DNA from: an uncultured delta proteobacterium
GTDB taxonomy: Bacteria > Myxococcota_A > UBA9160 > SMWR01
Assembly (NCBI GenBank): GCA_963832165.1
Contig: CAWHTE010000007.1
Coordinates: 928,001 to 992,000 of the forward strand
Direction of reading: 5' to 3'
Length of the DNA: 64,000 nucleotides
The notes beneath the pieces are model-generated. The model was not told where the DNA came from, did no database searches, and saw nothing but the letters and a program-made list of their open reading frames with translations. This document shows, piece after piece, positions 49,737 to 58,324 of this stretch (positions within the stretch are counted from its first letter, which is position 1; every line of letters starts with the position of its first letter). A program made the translations under genes and the position numbers.

Positions 49737-50399
49737 TCAGGCTCGATTTTCCGACCCCAGCCACCTGAAGAACAGCGCTGCAGAGAGCGCACCGAAGAGC
49801 TGCGCGCCGATGAAGGCTGGCACGTCGACCGGCCGGATGCCGGCGAACGTGGCCGTCATGGCGCGCGCCAGCGTAACGGCGGGGTTTGCGAACGACGTAG
49901 ACGCCGTGAACCAGTACGCAGCCGTGATGTACGCGCCGACCGCGAACGGTGCCGCGCTGCTGCGCGTCCGCGAGCAGGACAAGACGATGCCGACGAGGCC
50001 GAACGTGGCGACGTACTCACTGAACCCTTGCGACAGGCCCGATCGAACGTGCGCCGACGCAGAGATCACGGGCTCACCGAACATCAAGTGCGCCGCAATC
50101 ACGCCGAGCACGGCTCCGCTGACCTGCGCGGCGGCGTAGCCGAGAGCGTCCCTCCGCGCCAAGCCGCCCTCGAGGACCACGCACCACGTGACGAGCGGAT
50201 TGAAGTGGGCGCCCGAGATCGGGCCGAACGCGAGGATCAGGGCGACGAGCGCGCTGCCGGTGGCGATCGAGTTCGCCAGCAGCGCGATGGCGACGTTCCC
50301 ACCCGCGAGGCGCTCGCCCATGATTCCCGATCCGACGATGGCCGCGAGCAGGAATGCGGTGCCGACGCCTTCCGCCGCCATGCGCCGAGCGCACGTCAC
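49737..50399 (-). CDS. MIP/aquaporin family channel (AqpS-like, arsenic-associated)
   Basis: GSGIMGERL, SGAHFNPLVT, AYWFTASTSFANPAVT; GTG start overlaps the TauD stop. Confidence 0.9.
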   Translation of the reverse strand: MTCARRMAAEGVGTAFLLAAIVGSGIMGERLAGGNVAIALLANSIATGSALVALILAFGPISGAHFNPLVTWCVVLEGGLARRDALGYAAAQVSGAVLGVIAAHLMFGEPVISASAHVRSGLSQGFSEYVATFGLVGIVLSCSRTRSSAAPFAVGAYITAAYWFTASTSFANPAVTLARAMTATFAGIRPVDVPAFIGAQLFGALSAALFFRWLGSENRA

Positions 50400-51463
50400 G
50401 GTGCGGCTCGAGTCGAGGCGGCCGTGACCGGCAGGGTCGCCGCGTCCGCCATCGTCGCATCCGATGTCCGGTCCTGCTGCGCGGGAACTCCACTCTGCAG
50501 GAGGGAATCGCCATCCGTGAAGACGCGGTGCGAGGTGAGCCACAGTCGCAGCAGGTGCCGCTTGCGTTCGGGTTCGGCGTAGTCCTCGAACTCGGTGCGG
50601 GCGTGGAGGATCGCGGAGTTCTTGAGCCACTGGATGTCGCCCGCGCGGAAGTCCATGTCGAGATGGATCTGGGGATCGACCGCGATCGCGTCGATCAGAT
50701 CGATGACTTCGCGCTGCGACCGCGTGAGCCGCGGCGCCGCTGCGTGGCGCTGCGAATCGCGGATGTACCAGCCGATGTAGAACGTTCGGATCCGTCCGTC
50801 TGCCTCACGGCAGATCGGAATCGAGAAGTAGGGCGGCTCGCCGGGACCTTCCTCACCGTTGCGGTCGAAAGGGAAGGGCTCGTGGAGCGTCGGGATGAGA
50901 TCGGGCCTGCGTCGAAGGATCTCGTTGTAGATGGCGAGCGAGCTCGCGATGCGACTGGTTCCGCCGGACCTGGCAGGACGCAGGCAGAGCAGGCCCACGA
51001 TGTCCGATCCGTCGCAGTGGAAGCCGAGCTGCTCGCGCGTTCGATAGAGGCGCAGCGTCGGATCGCGGCGCTCGAGACCCGCATCGCGCACGTGTCCGAG
51101 CAGATCGCCCGCCGCGTTCTGCGAAACCGCTCTGCCGAGGTGGAGTCCGAGGCCCCAGTACGCCAACGACGAGTCGTCCTCGCCGTACCGCTCGACCGGC
51201 ACGCCGCGCACGAGCACGAAGCCTCGTCCGGTGTCGAGCACATCGAGCCAGTCCGCCGCCGAACGGGCCAGAGCCCCGAGCGGGAAATCGCCGCGAGTCA
51301 GCTCGCCGAGCGGCTTTCCGGTGCTGCGCGCATGCGCGACCGCGCGATCGAGGTCCAGGGTCTCCTCGGCGGAGAGCACGTGAACCCAATCGCGCCGCGG
51401 CGCCATCTCGGATCCGACCCAGGCGGAATCACTCTTCACGGGTTGCATCTGGATGCTCGTCAT
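50396..51463 (-). CDS. TauD/TfdA family Fe(II)/2-oxoglutarate dioxygenase
   Basis: GRGFVLVRG, FHCDGSD (HxD), N..ILHART (distal His), RHLLRLWL; ATGA overlap with the arsR stop. Confidence 0.9.
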   Translation of the reverse strand: MTSIQMQPVKSDSAWVGSEMAPRRDWVHVLSAEETLDLDRAVAHARSTGKPLGELTRGDFPLGALARSAADWLDVLDTGRGFVLVRGVPVERYGEDDSSLAYWGLGLHLGRAVSQNAAGDLLGHVRDAGLERRDPTLRLYRTREQLGFHCDGSDIVGLLCLRPARSGGTSRIASSLAIYNEILRRRPDLIPTLHEPFPFDRNGEEGPGEPPYFSIPICREADGRIRTFYIGWYIRDSQRHAAAPRLTRSQREVIDLIDAIAVDPQIHLDMDFRAGDIQWLKNSAILHARTEFEDYAEPERKRHLLRLWLTSHRVFTDGDSLLQSGVPAQQDRTSDATMADAATLPVTAASTRAAP

Positions 51464-51840
51464 GCGGACCTCGCAGCGCGCCGCTCCATCGAGGCGGTCA
51501 ATCGCTTCGGCGGCACCAGCGCGCTGCAGAGTTGTTGCAGGCGTTCCAACCGAAGGCGGTAGTAGATCCAGGTCGCGCGGCGCTCGCGCTCGAGCAGACC
51601 CGCCTCCGTGAGCACCTTCAAGTGGTGGCTCACCGTGGGCTGGCTGAGTCCGAGCGGCTCGGTGAGGTTGCACACGCACGCTTCACCTCCCGGCTGGGCG
51701 GCGAGGTAGCTCAGCAGGCGCAGCCGGCCCGGATCGCCCAGGGCTCGGAACAGCGTGGCCAGCTCCGCGGCCTCCTCGGTTTCGAGCCGGCCCGTGAGGA
51801 CCGGCGCGCAACAACGGTTCGAGGTCTTCTTGATCGGCAT
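51460..51840 (-). CDS. arsR: ArsR/SmtB family metalloregulator
   Basis: N-terminal CC, ALGDPGRL, EACVCNL, SQPTVSHHLKVL. Confidence 0.9.
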   Translation of the reverse strand: MPIKKTSNRCCAPVLTGRLETEEAAELATLFRALGDPGRLRLLSYLAAQPGGEACVCNLTEPLGLSQPTVSHHLKVLTEAGLLERERRATWIYYRLRLERLQQLCSALVPPKRLTASMERRAARSA

Positions 51841-51842
51841 GG

Positions 51843-51891
51843 GTCAATATTGACATATATCGATGGATGTCACAATATCGATATCCATCGA
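51843..51891. promoter_or_regulatory. Divergent promoter region with inverted repeats (probable ArsR operator)
   Basis: Palindrome GTCAATATTGAC (51843-51854); IR TCGATGGAT-N14-ATCCATCGA (51860-51891); AT-rich. Confidence 0.7.
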
Positions 51892-51908
51892 AATAGGAGG
51901 AGCCCTCC

Positions 51909-52328
51909 GTGGCCAACACCTTCCACGTCTCGTTGAATGTCGAGAACATCTCCGACGCGGTTGCGCGATACCGCAAGATCCTCGGCGCCGAGCCGGCGAA
52001 GGTTCGCGAGGACTACGCGAAGTTCGAGCTCGCCGACCCGCCGCTGATCCTCTCCTTGAACCTCGGCGGCGAGCCGGGCACCGTCGGACATCTCGGCATC
52101 CGCTATCCCGAATCCGCCACGGTGGCGAACGAGCTGCGACGGGCCGAGGGCGACGCACTGGAACCGCTCCGCCAGGACGGCGTCACATGCTGTTATGCGA
52201 AGGCCGACAAATTCTGGGTGAACGACGCCGACGGCCTCGCGTGGGAGATGTATACGTTCCTGGCCGATGCGGAGCCCGAGCGGGCCCCTGCGCCTCCGCC
52301 GGCATCCGGCTGCGGGTGCGCCGCCTGA
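51909..52328 (+). CDS. arsI: ArsI/CadI family VOC metalloenzyme (C-As lyase-like)
   Basis: FHVSLNV, YAKF..DPP, GHLGI, TCCYAKADKFWV..WE; SD AGGAGG. Confidence 0.82.
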   Translation: MANTFHVSLNVENISDAVARYRKILGAEPAKVREDYAKFELADPPLILSLNLGGEPGTVGHLGIRYPESATVANELRRAEGDALEPLRQDGVTCCYAKADKFWVNDADGLAWEMYTFLADAEPERAPAPPPASGCGCAA

Positions 52329-52341
52329 GAAGGATGAAGGA

Positions 52342-52893
52342 ATGAGCGAGCGCATCTACGACGTGCTCTTCCTCTGTACGGGAAACTCCGCTCGGAGCAT
52401 CCTTGCCGAATCGATCCTGAACCGCGCAGGCCACGGTCGGTTCCGCGCTCACAGTGCCGGAAGCCTTCCGAAGGGCCGCGTCCATCCGATGGCGCTCGAG
52501 CTGCTGCGCGCACGCGGGTACGAGACGAATGCGCTGCGCAGCAAGAGCTGGGACGAGTTTGCGAATCCCGGAGCTCCGAAGCTCGACTTCGTGTTCACCG
52601 TATGCGACAACGCGGCGGCCGAAGTCTGCCCGATCTGGCCCGGCCAGCCGATGACGGCGCACTGGGGGATTGCGGATCCCGCGGCCGTCTCGGGAACTCC
52701 TCTGGACCAGAGCCGCGCATTCCGGCGGGCCTATCAGGAGCTGGCTCGCCGGATCGATCTGTTCCTCGCGCTACCGCTCTCCAGCATCGACCGGATGAGC
52801 TTGAAGAACCGACTGGACGAGATTGGCAAGTCGCCTCGTGCGATGGAGGCGGCAGGCCGCGACACCCGCCCAGCCGAAGGCGAGCAGGAATGA
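52342..52893 (+). CDS. arsC: Arsenate reductase, LMW-PTP family
   Basis: LFLCTGNSARS, RSKSWDEF, TVCDNAAAEVCPIWPG, HWG..DP. Confidence 0.92.
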   Translation: MSERIYDVLFLCTGNSARSILAESILNRAGHGRFRAHSAGSLPKGRVHPMALELLRARGYETNALRSKSWDEFANPGAPKLDFVFTVCDNAAAEVCPIWPGQPMTAHWGIADPAAVSGTPLDQSRAFRRAYQELARRIDLFLALPLSSIDRMSLKNRLDEIGKSPRAMEAAGRDTRPAEGEQE

Positions 52894-53412
52894 GCTCGAC
52901 GGCTCCGGCACGACCGTCACCACCACGTCGTTGAACACGTTGCTGAATTCCGGCGGCGTCATCTCGAACGGATTGCCGTTGTGCAGCGCAACGATCCGGC
53001 TCGAGTCGAGCATCGAGAGCGTCTCGTCGGGAGCGCCCGCGACCATCGTCACCTCGGCCACGGGGAACTGGCCGTCCGCTGGCAGCGGGTTGCTGGTGAA
53101 GTCGCCGACGATCGAGAAGTGGAGCGGGTCGGCGTCCGCGTCGTAGACGAACGAGAAGCCATTGCCCAACTCCACCGAGGGCGATCCGAACGCGAACGGC
53201 GCGGAGAGCTCGAAGTCGAGCTGGACCGAAGTGACCGGTGTGTCGCCCGGGAAGACCACCATGATCAGCACGTAGTTCGCGCCGCTCTGCGCCGTGGCGG
53301 GCGGGAAGGGCTGGACGTCGAGAAAGGGATGCGCCGCCGCGAGGCCGGGAGACCAGAAGGCCAGGACAACGATGGCGCGTCGGCAGACCTGCAATAACCG
53401 CTTGAACCGCAT
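52771..53412 (-). CDS. PEP-CTERM sorting domain-containing secreted protein
   Basis: Signal peptide; cohesin-like beta body; VPEPSSSFLLAFGWAGVAACRLHRTRR. Confidence 0.75.
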   Translation of the reverse strand: MRFKRLLQVCRRAIVVLAFWSPGLAAAHPFLDVQPFPPATAQSGANYVLIMVVFPGDTPVTSVQLDFELSAPFAFGSPSVELGNGFSFVYDADADPLHFSIVGDFTSNPLPADGQFPVAEVTMVAGAPDETLSMLDSSRIVALHNGNPFEMTPPEFSNVFNDVVVTVVPEPSSSFLLAFGWAGVAACRLHRTRRLANLVQSVLQAHPVDAGER

Positions 53413-53531
53413 CCGGAGCGCCTCATCCCATCGACGAGTTCACGATGCTACGCGCCGAGTGGGCACGGTTCAAGCGAGGAACGCGAGCGCTTCCCCTACG
53501 CTCACCGGGAAGGTGCGGAGACGATGACGCA

Positions 53532-55694
53532 ATGGTGAAACCCCAGAAGCCTGCGCCGCTCCTCGGAACGCTGTCGCAATGGACCGCCATCGCCATCTGC
53601 GCCGCGCTCGGCTTCGGCGTGTTCGCATTCGTCGATCTCACTCCCGAGATCCAGGCCGACTTCTTCTTCTCCACCGACGATCCGCAGCTTCAGAACTCGC
53701 TCCAGATCGAACGCGAGTTCGGAGGTACGCAGCAGATCCTCGTCGCAGCGCGTTCCGAGCAGCTCGTAACGAGGGACTATCTGCAGCGACTCCGCGCGCT
53801 GACGGAGGCGCTGCACCAGATCGAGGGCGTCGAGGCATCGTCGCTCACCCGCGGCCCGCAAGAGCGGAGCCAAGAGGAGGAACTCGACCCGGCGGAGGTG
53901 TTCGAGGACCTCTCGGAACGGCCGTTTTCGGAGCGCCTCCTCCTGGCAAGCGACCGCTCGGCCACGTTCGTCGTCCTGAGCCTCGAGGGGAAAGACCACG
54001 ATGCCACCGTGAGCGCCATCGACGAGGTCGTATCGCGTCACACGGCTCCGGGCTTCGAGATCGGCGTGTCCGGCGTTCCCTATGTCTCCGAACACGTGCG
54101 CCGCCAGCTCACGGACGATCTCCGCCGTTTCAGCATCGGCGCGTTTGGTGCGTTTGCCGTCGTCGTGGGCGTTCTGTTTCGCTCGCTCGCCGTCCTGCTC
54201 GGAGTCATGGTCGCTGCGCTCTCGGCAGCCTTTGCGACGTTCGTTGCGCGCGCGCTGATCGGCATGCCGACCGACATCCTCGCCCCGAATCTGTGGATCA
54301 TCGCGGCAGTGCTGACTCTCTCCCATGTGGTCTACCTGACGGCGGAGTGGCGCAGCCGAGCCCACGAGAGCGGCGAGCAGGCGATGCAGGAGTCGATTCG
54401 CCTCACGGCTCCAGCCTCGGGATGGTCACTGGCGGCGAACGTTCTCGGCTTCACGAGCCTGATCTTCTATTCGGCCAAGCCGCTCCAGCAGTTCGGAATC
54501 TCGGGCGCCATCGCCGCCACGCTGGCGATGGCGTGCGCCTATGGGTTGTATCCGCCGTTTCTTCGCGCTGCGGACCCGGGCCAGCGCAAGGCCGACCCGG
54601 CGACGACCCGGTTGGGGCGGTTCTTCACCACTCGCCACCCGTGGATTGCGATGGCCGTCATCATCAGCGGTCTCGCGCTCGCTCCGTTTGCGTGGTACGT
54701 CGATACGGATCCGGCCCTGCCGTCGTACTTCAGTGTCGGCAGCCGCATTCACACGGGACTCGAATCCATCGATCGCGCCGGAGGCAGCAGCCCTCTCGAC
54801 ATCGTCGTCACCGATGCCCAGCGCCGTCCACTCGACGACGACGAGGTCGTCGCGCGGCTCGGGGCACTTCAGCGCCGGCTCGAAGAGCACCCGGAGGTGG
54901 GCTCGGTGCTCTCGGTTGCGCTCCTGATGGAAGAGGCGGAACGGCCCTGGTACTCGAACTTGTTGCCCTGGGAAGTGATCTTCGAACGGCTCGAAAGCCG
55001 CGATCACGGCGAGGTCGGCCGCTATTTCGTCAGTGAAGACCGCCGCCGCGGGAGATTCATCCTGCAAATGCGAGAGCTGGAGCGCGCGCGGCCGCGCGAA
55101 GTCATCATCGGCGAGATCGACGGCATCGTGCGCAAATCCGGCTTTACGCCCGTGCTGGTCGGCGGACTCTATCCCCTGGCCAACGAGATGTCGGAGCTGG
55201 TCGAAGGAAGCGTGATTCGCGGCCTCGGTGGCTTGCTCGGACTGTTCTTCGTGATCGTGCTGATCGTCACGCGCTCGCTCGGGAGCGCGCTTGCGATGGC
55301 GTTGTGTCTCGGCGTCACGCCGTTGTTGTTGTTCGGCCTGGTGAGCCTTCGCGGAATGCCGGTCGACATCATCTCCGCTCCGGCGGCCAACGTCGCCCTT
55401 CCGCTAGGCGTCGACGAGATGATCCACCTCGGCTACGCGATTCGGCGGCAGCGGGGGCGCAAGAGGGCTGGTTGGGCGGCGTGGCAGGAGACACTCTCGA
55501 GAATGTGGCGCCCGATCTTCGTATCCATGCTGATCGTCGTCTCCGGATTCAGCCTGTTCCTTCTCTCCAATTTCCCTCCGACACAGCGGCTGGGAATCCT
55601 GGTCTGTATCGGCGCAGCCATGACCGATCTCGTCGTACTGATCGTGCTGCCCGCAGTAGCGACGTGGAGTCCACGCCGTCGTCGCGATTCTTGA
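53532..55694 (+). CDS. MMPL/RND family transporter
   Basis: Two repeats of TM, large loop and 5 TM; SGVPY, VGGLYP, GVDEMIH, SNFPPTQRLG. Confidence 0.85.
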   Translation: MVKPQKPAPLLGTLSQWTAIAICAALGFGVFAFVDLTPEIQADFFFSTDDPQLQNSLQIEREFGGTQQILVAARSEQLVTRDYLQRLRALTEALHQIEGVEASSLTRGPQERSQEEELDPAEVFEDLSERPFSERLLLASDRSATFVVLSLEGKDHDATVSAIDEVVSRHTAPGFEIGVSGVPYVSEHVRRQLTDDLRRFSIGAFGAFAVVVGVLFRSLAVLLGVMVAALSAAFATFVARALIGMPTDILAPNLWIIAAVLTLSHVVYLTAEWRSRAHESGEQAMQESIRLTAPASGWSLAANVLGFTSLIFYSAKPLQQFGISGAIAATLAMACAYGLYPPFLRAADPGQRKADPATTRLGRFFTTRHPWIAMAVIISGLALAPFAWYVDTDPALPSYFSVGSRIHTGLESIDRAGGSSPLDIVVTDAQRRPLDDDEVVARLGALQRRLEEHPEVGSVLSVALLMEEAERPWYSNLLPWEVIFERLESRDHGEVGRYFVSEDRRRGRFILQMRELERARPREVIIGEIDGIVRKSGFTPVLVGGLYPLANEMSELVEGSVIRGLGGLLGLFFVIVLIVTRSLGSALAMALCLGVTPLLLFGLVSLRGMPVDIISAPAANVALPLGVDEMIHLGYAIRRQRGRKRAGWAAWQETLSRMWRPIFVSMLIVVSGFSLFLLSNFPPTQRLGILVCIGAAMTDLVVLIVLPAVATWSPRRRRDS

Positions 55695-55702
55695 TTCACT
55701 GA

Positions 55703-56935
55703 CTATTTGTGCGCAGCCTTGCGTCGTGCGGCGAGGAACAGCTCGCGCCGGTGCGCATGGAGCGCCGCGGCGTTGCGAGGCTCCGCTTCCTCGACGAGCC
55801 CCAGCGCGCGGCCGATGCCTTCGATGGCGTCGAGTGCACTGCTGGCGAAAGCCTGGACGCTGCCGCCGACGCCCTCGACCGCCGCTCCGCCCGCGCCTAA
55901 CGGATCGCCCTGAGAGAGTTCCTCGACCACGCCGACGGCACCGCCGACGACCGCGTTCCCCGTCGCCCAGGTGACATCGCCGACGCTGCCGAGCTGCGCG
56001 AAGGGCAGGTCCCAGAGCGCGACGAGCTGGCTCGAGCGGTCGAGGACGACGTCGTCGATCCGCCCGCCGAAGAGCAGCGTGAGCGCCCTCTTGCGCTCGG
56101 GCGAGGTCGCGACCGCGGCGCCCCGGCGGATGATTCCCTCGCGCACGTCCATCGAGACGACGAGGTCGAGCTGGTCCACATCGAGGCTGGCCCGGTACGC
56201 GTCGTCGACGTAGGCGGGGAAGGAGTCGAGGTCGATCCCCGTCAGCGCGGCGTGGGCGACGAACGTCGGCTCCCTGGTTGCCGATGACGTCGTCCAATGC
56301 ACGATCGCCAGCGGCGCGGGCTTGCTCTCGGGCTGCTCGAGGTTGGCGTCGATGCTGATCTGCCCGAACCGATCCTCCGACTCTCCGCTGCCCGTCTGCA
56401 CGTCGAGGACGGAGGACTCGATGTCGACGATGCGGAGCTTCACTCCACGCGCGCGGTCGTCACACTCGACCGTACCCCCGTGGATGAACACCTCCTCCCA
56501 CAGCGTGGCAGGTCGCTTCGCCTTCTGGGGATGGGTTCTCGGCCGCTCGAGAATCTTCCCGACGTTCGTCTGCCCGTCGGCTTCGATGCGCGCGTGGAGG
56601 ACTGGATCGTCGAAGACGAGATGTTGGACGATGGTGCGTCCCTCCCAGAGCGCGCGCAGCGAGATCCTCAATTCCATGCGCTTCGCGGTCAGGACTTCCT
56701 CGTCTCCGTCGAGGAAGCGCACGCCGTGAAGGTCGGCAGTGCCACCGGCGACCGACAGATCCTGCCGCTCGGCTTCCATCGTCAACCCGTACCGCGCCCA
56801 CAGATCGGGGAGGACCCTCGCGCGGACGTACCACGGCGGTGCGAACCAGGCGGCAGCGGCGAGCACCAGGCACGCTCCGAGCACCCAGGCCCACGGGAAC
56901 CGTCTCCACGACCTCGAAGTCGACACCTCGGTCAT
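55703..56935 (-). CDS. DUF748/AsmA-like protein
   Basis: N-terminal TM anchor; ISLRALWEGRTIVQHLVFDDPVLHARIEADGQTN AsmA-type motif. Confidence 0.7.
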   Translation of the reverse strand: MTEVSTSRSWRRFPWAWVLGACLVLAAAAWFAPPWYVRARVLPDLWARYGLTMEAERQDLSVAGGTADLHGVRFLDGDEEVLTAKRMELRISLRALWEGRTIVQHLVFDDPVLHARIEADGQTNVGKILERPRTHPQKAKRPATLWEEVFIHGGTVECDDRARGVKLRIVDIESSVLDVQTGSGESEDRFGQISIDANLEQPESKPAPLAIVHWTTSSATREPTFVAHAALTGIDLDSFPAYVDDAYRASLDVDQLDLVVSMDVREGIIRRGAAVATSPERKRALTLLFGGRIDDVVLDRSSQLVALWDLPFAQLGSVGDVTWATGNAVVGGAVGVVEELSQGDPLGAGGAAVEGVGGSVQAFASSALDAIEGIGRALGLVEEAEPRNAAALHAHRRELFLAARRKAAHK

Positions 56936-56986
56936 GGCTTCGCGGGTTCGAGGCGACTTATATTCGCCCGATCAGGGACAGCTTGA

Positions 56987-58324
56987 ATGGCCGTAGTGGC
57001 TCCTTCTCGGTTGGTTACTTCGTCCACACCACCACGAGCATCGTGCCGTGAAACCTTCGTGAAGACGAATCGAAGCGAAGAGTCCGACCGCGCGACGGGC
57101 GAAGAGCGCATGGACTCGCTTCTGGAGTCGAAGCGCCTGCGGCCGTCCCATATGCGGGCGTTGGCAGGGGCCCTCCTCGATCGCCACGCCCGTGCGCCCT
57201 CGGCACCCGACGAGGCACCGGGGCCCGAGTTCTTTCGAGGTGTGCTCGACTCGTTGGCCGTCCGACACGAACTCCCCACTGCGCTGCGAGAGCGGCTCGA
57301 GGCAAACCTCGCGAAGAACGCCGATCACCTCCTCGCCCGTGCCGGGCGCGGACGGATCCTCGCCGCTGCGGACGAGCTGACGCCGATGGACGTCTACTTC
57401 CGTGGCAGAGACGTCGGCGGAAGCGACGCCGCGGCGTCCGACGCCAAGTCCGTGCGCATCGCCCCCGATACCGGGCGTGCCTTCGGCGTACCCGTCGATG
57501 CTGCGCTCGAGGTCGCGGGTCTCTCCGTCTGGCTCGCGAGATACGAGCGTGCAGACCTCTCCGAAACCCTGATCTCGCGTTATGCGAACGAGGCCGAAGA
57601 CTTCGATCTCTATCTCGTCCTCGACTTCTACGAATCGTTCTGCGCGCTCACGCAAGGCGCGCACGCCAACGACGCGTCCGACACGTCGCCCTCCATCGTC
57701 CTCCCGCCGATTCCCTCCGATCGGACGCCCCTCACGCGGCCGATCGTCGTGGCCATGAGCGGGCTCGTCGCGAGCGGCAAGAGCACGCTCGCTCGAGCGT
57801 TGGCGGATCATCTCTCGTCACCGCTGGCGGTGGCCGACCGGATCCGGGATCACCTGGTGCACGGCGTCCCGGGGCGCCCCATCCACGAAGCGGGATGGGC
57901 CCACGGCTTCGAGCCGGGCTTCTCTGCGCGCGTCTATGGCTCGATGCTCCACCGCGGTGAAACCGTTCTCCAGTCGGGTCGTCCCGTCATTCTCGACGCC
58001 TGCTTCTCCACGTCGTTCCAGCGTGCCGCGGCCCGGGCGCTCGCGCGCAGATATGGCGCGCCCTTTCTGTTCGTGGGATGCCGCGTCGATCCGGAGACGC
58101 AGCGCGAGCGCCTGTCGAAGCGGGACGCCGAGTGGGACGACGATCCGGGCGCATGGGCCGCGATCGCCGCAGACATGGCGGGACGCTTCGTTCCTGCGAC
58201 GGACATCGCAGATGACGAGCGCATCGAGGTGGATACGAGCGCCGACCTCGAGGCGCCGCTCGAACAGGTACTCGCGCGACTCACTGGACCGTTGCTGCCT
58301 CGAGAGCTCGCCACACCGAAGTGA
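56987..58324 (+). CDS. APH-like/AAA_33 P-loop kinase fusion with degenerate N-terminal domain (start may be 57110)
   Basis: MSGLVASGKST, DRIR, VILDACF. Confidence 0.72.
   Translation: MAVVAPSRLVTSSTPPRASCRETFVKTNRSEESDRATGEERMDSLLESKRLRPSHMRALAGALLDRHARAPSAPDEAPGPEFFRGVLDSLAVRHELPTALRERLEANLAKNADHLLARAGRGRILAAADELTPMDVYFRGRDVGGSDAAASDAKSVRIAPDTGRAFGVPVDAALEVAGLSVWLARYERADLSETLISRYANEAEDFDLYLVLDFYESFCALTQGAHANDASDTSPSIVLPPIPSDRTPLTRPIVVAMSGLVASGKSTLARALADHLSSPLAVADRIRDHLVHGVPGRPIHEAGWAHGFEPGFSARVYGSMLHRGETVLQSGRPVILDACFSTSFQRAAARALARRYGAPFLFVGCRVDPETQRERLSKRDAEWDDDPGAWAAIAADMAGRFVPATDIADDERIEVDTSADLEAPLEQVLARLTGPLLPRELATPK

Noticed and set aside
53461..53476. GGCACGGTTCAAGC as a sigma54 promoter for the MMPL gene
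   Set aside because: Spacing fits, but the -12 element lacks TTGC; too weak in GC-rich DNA.
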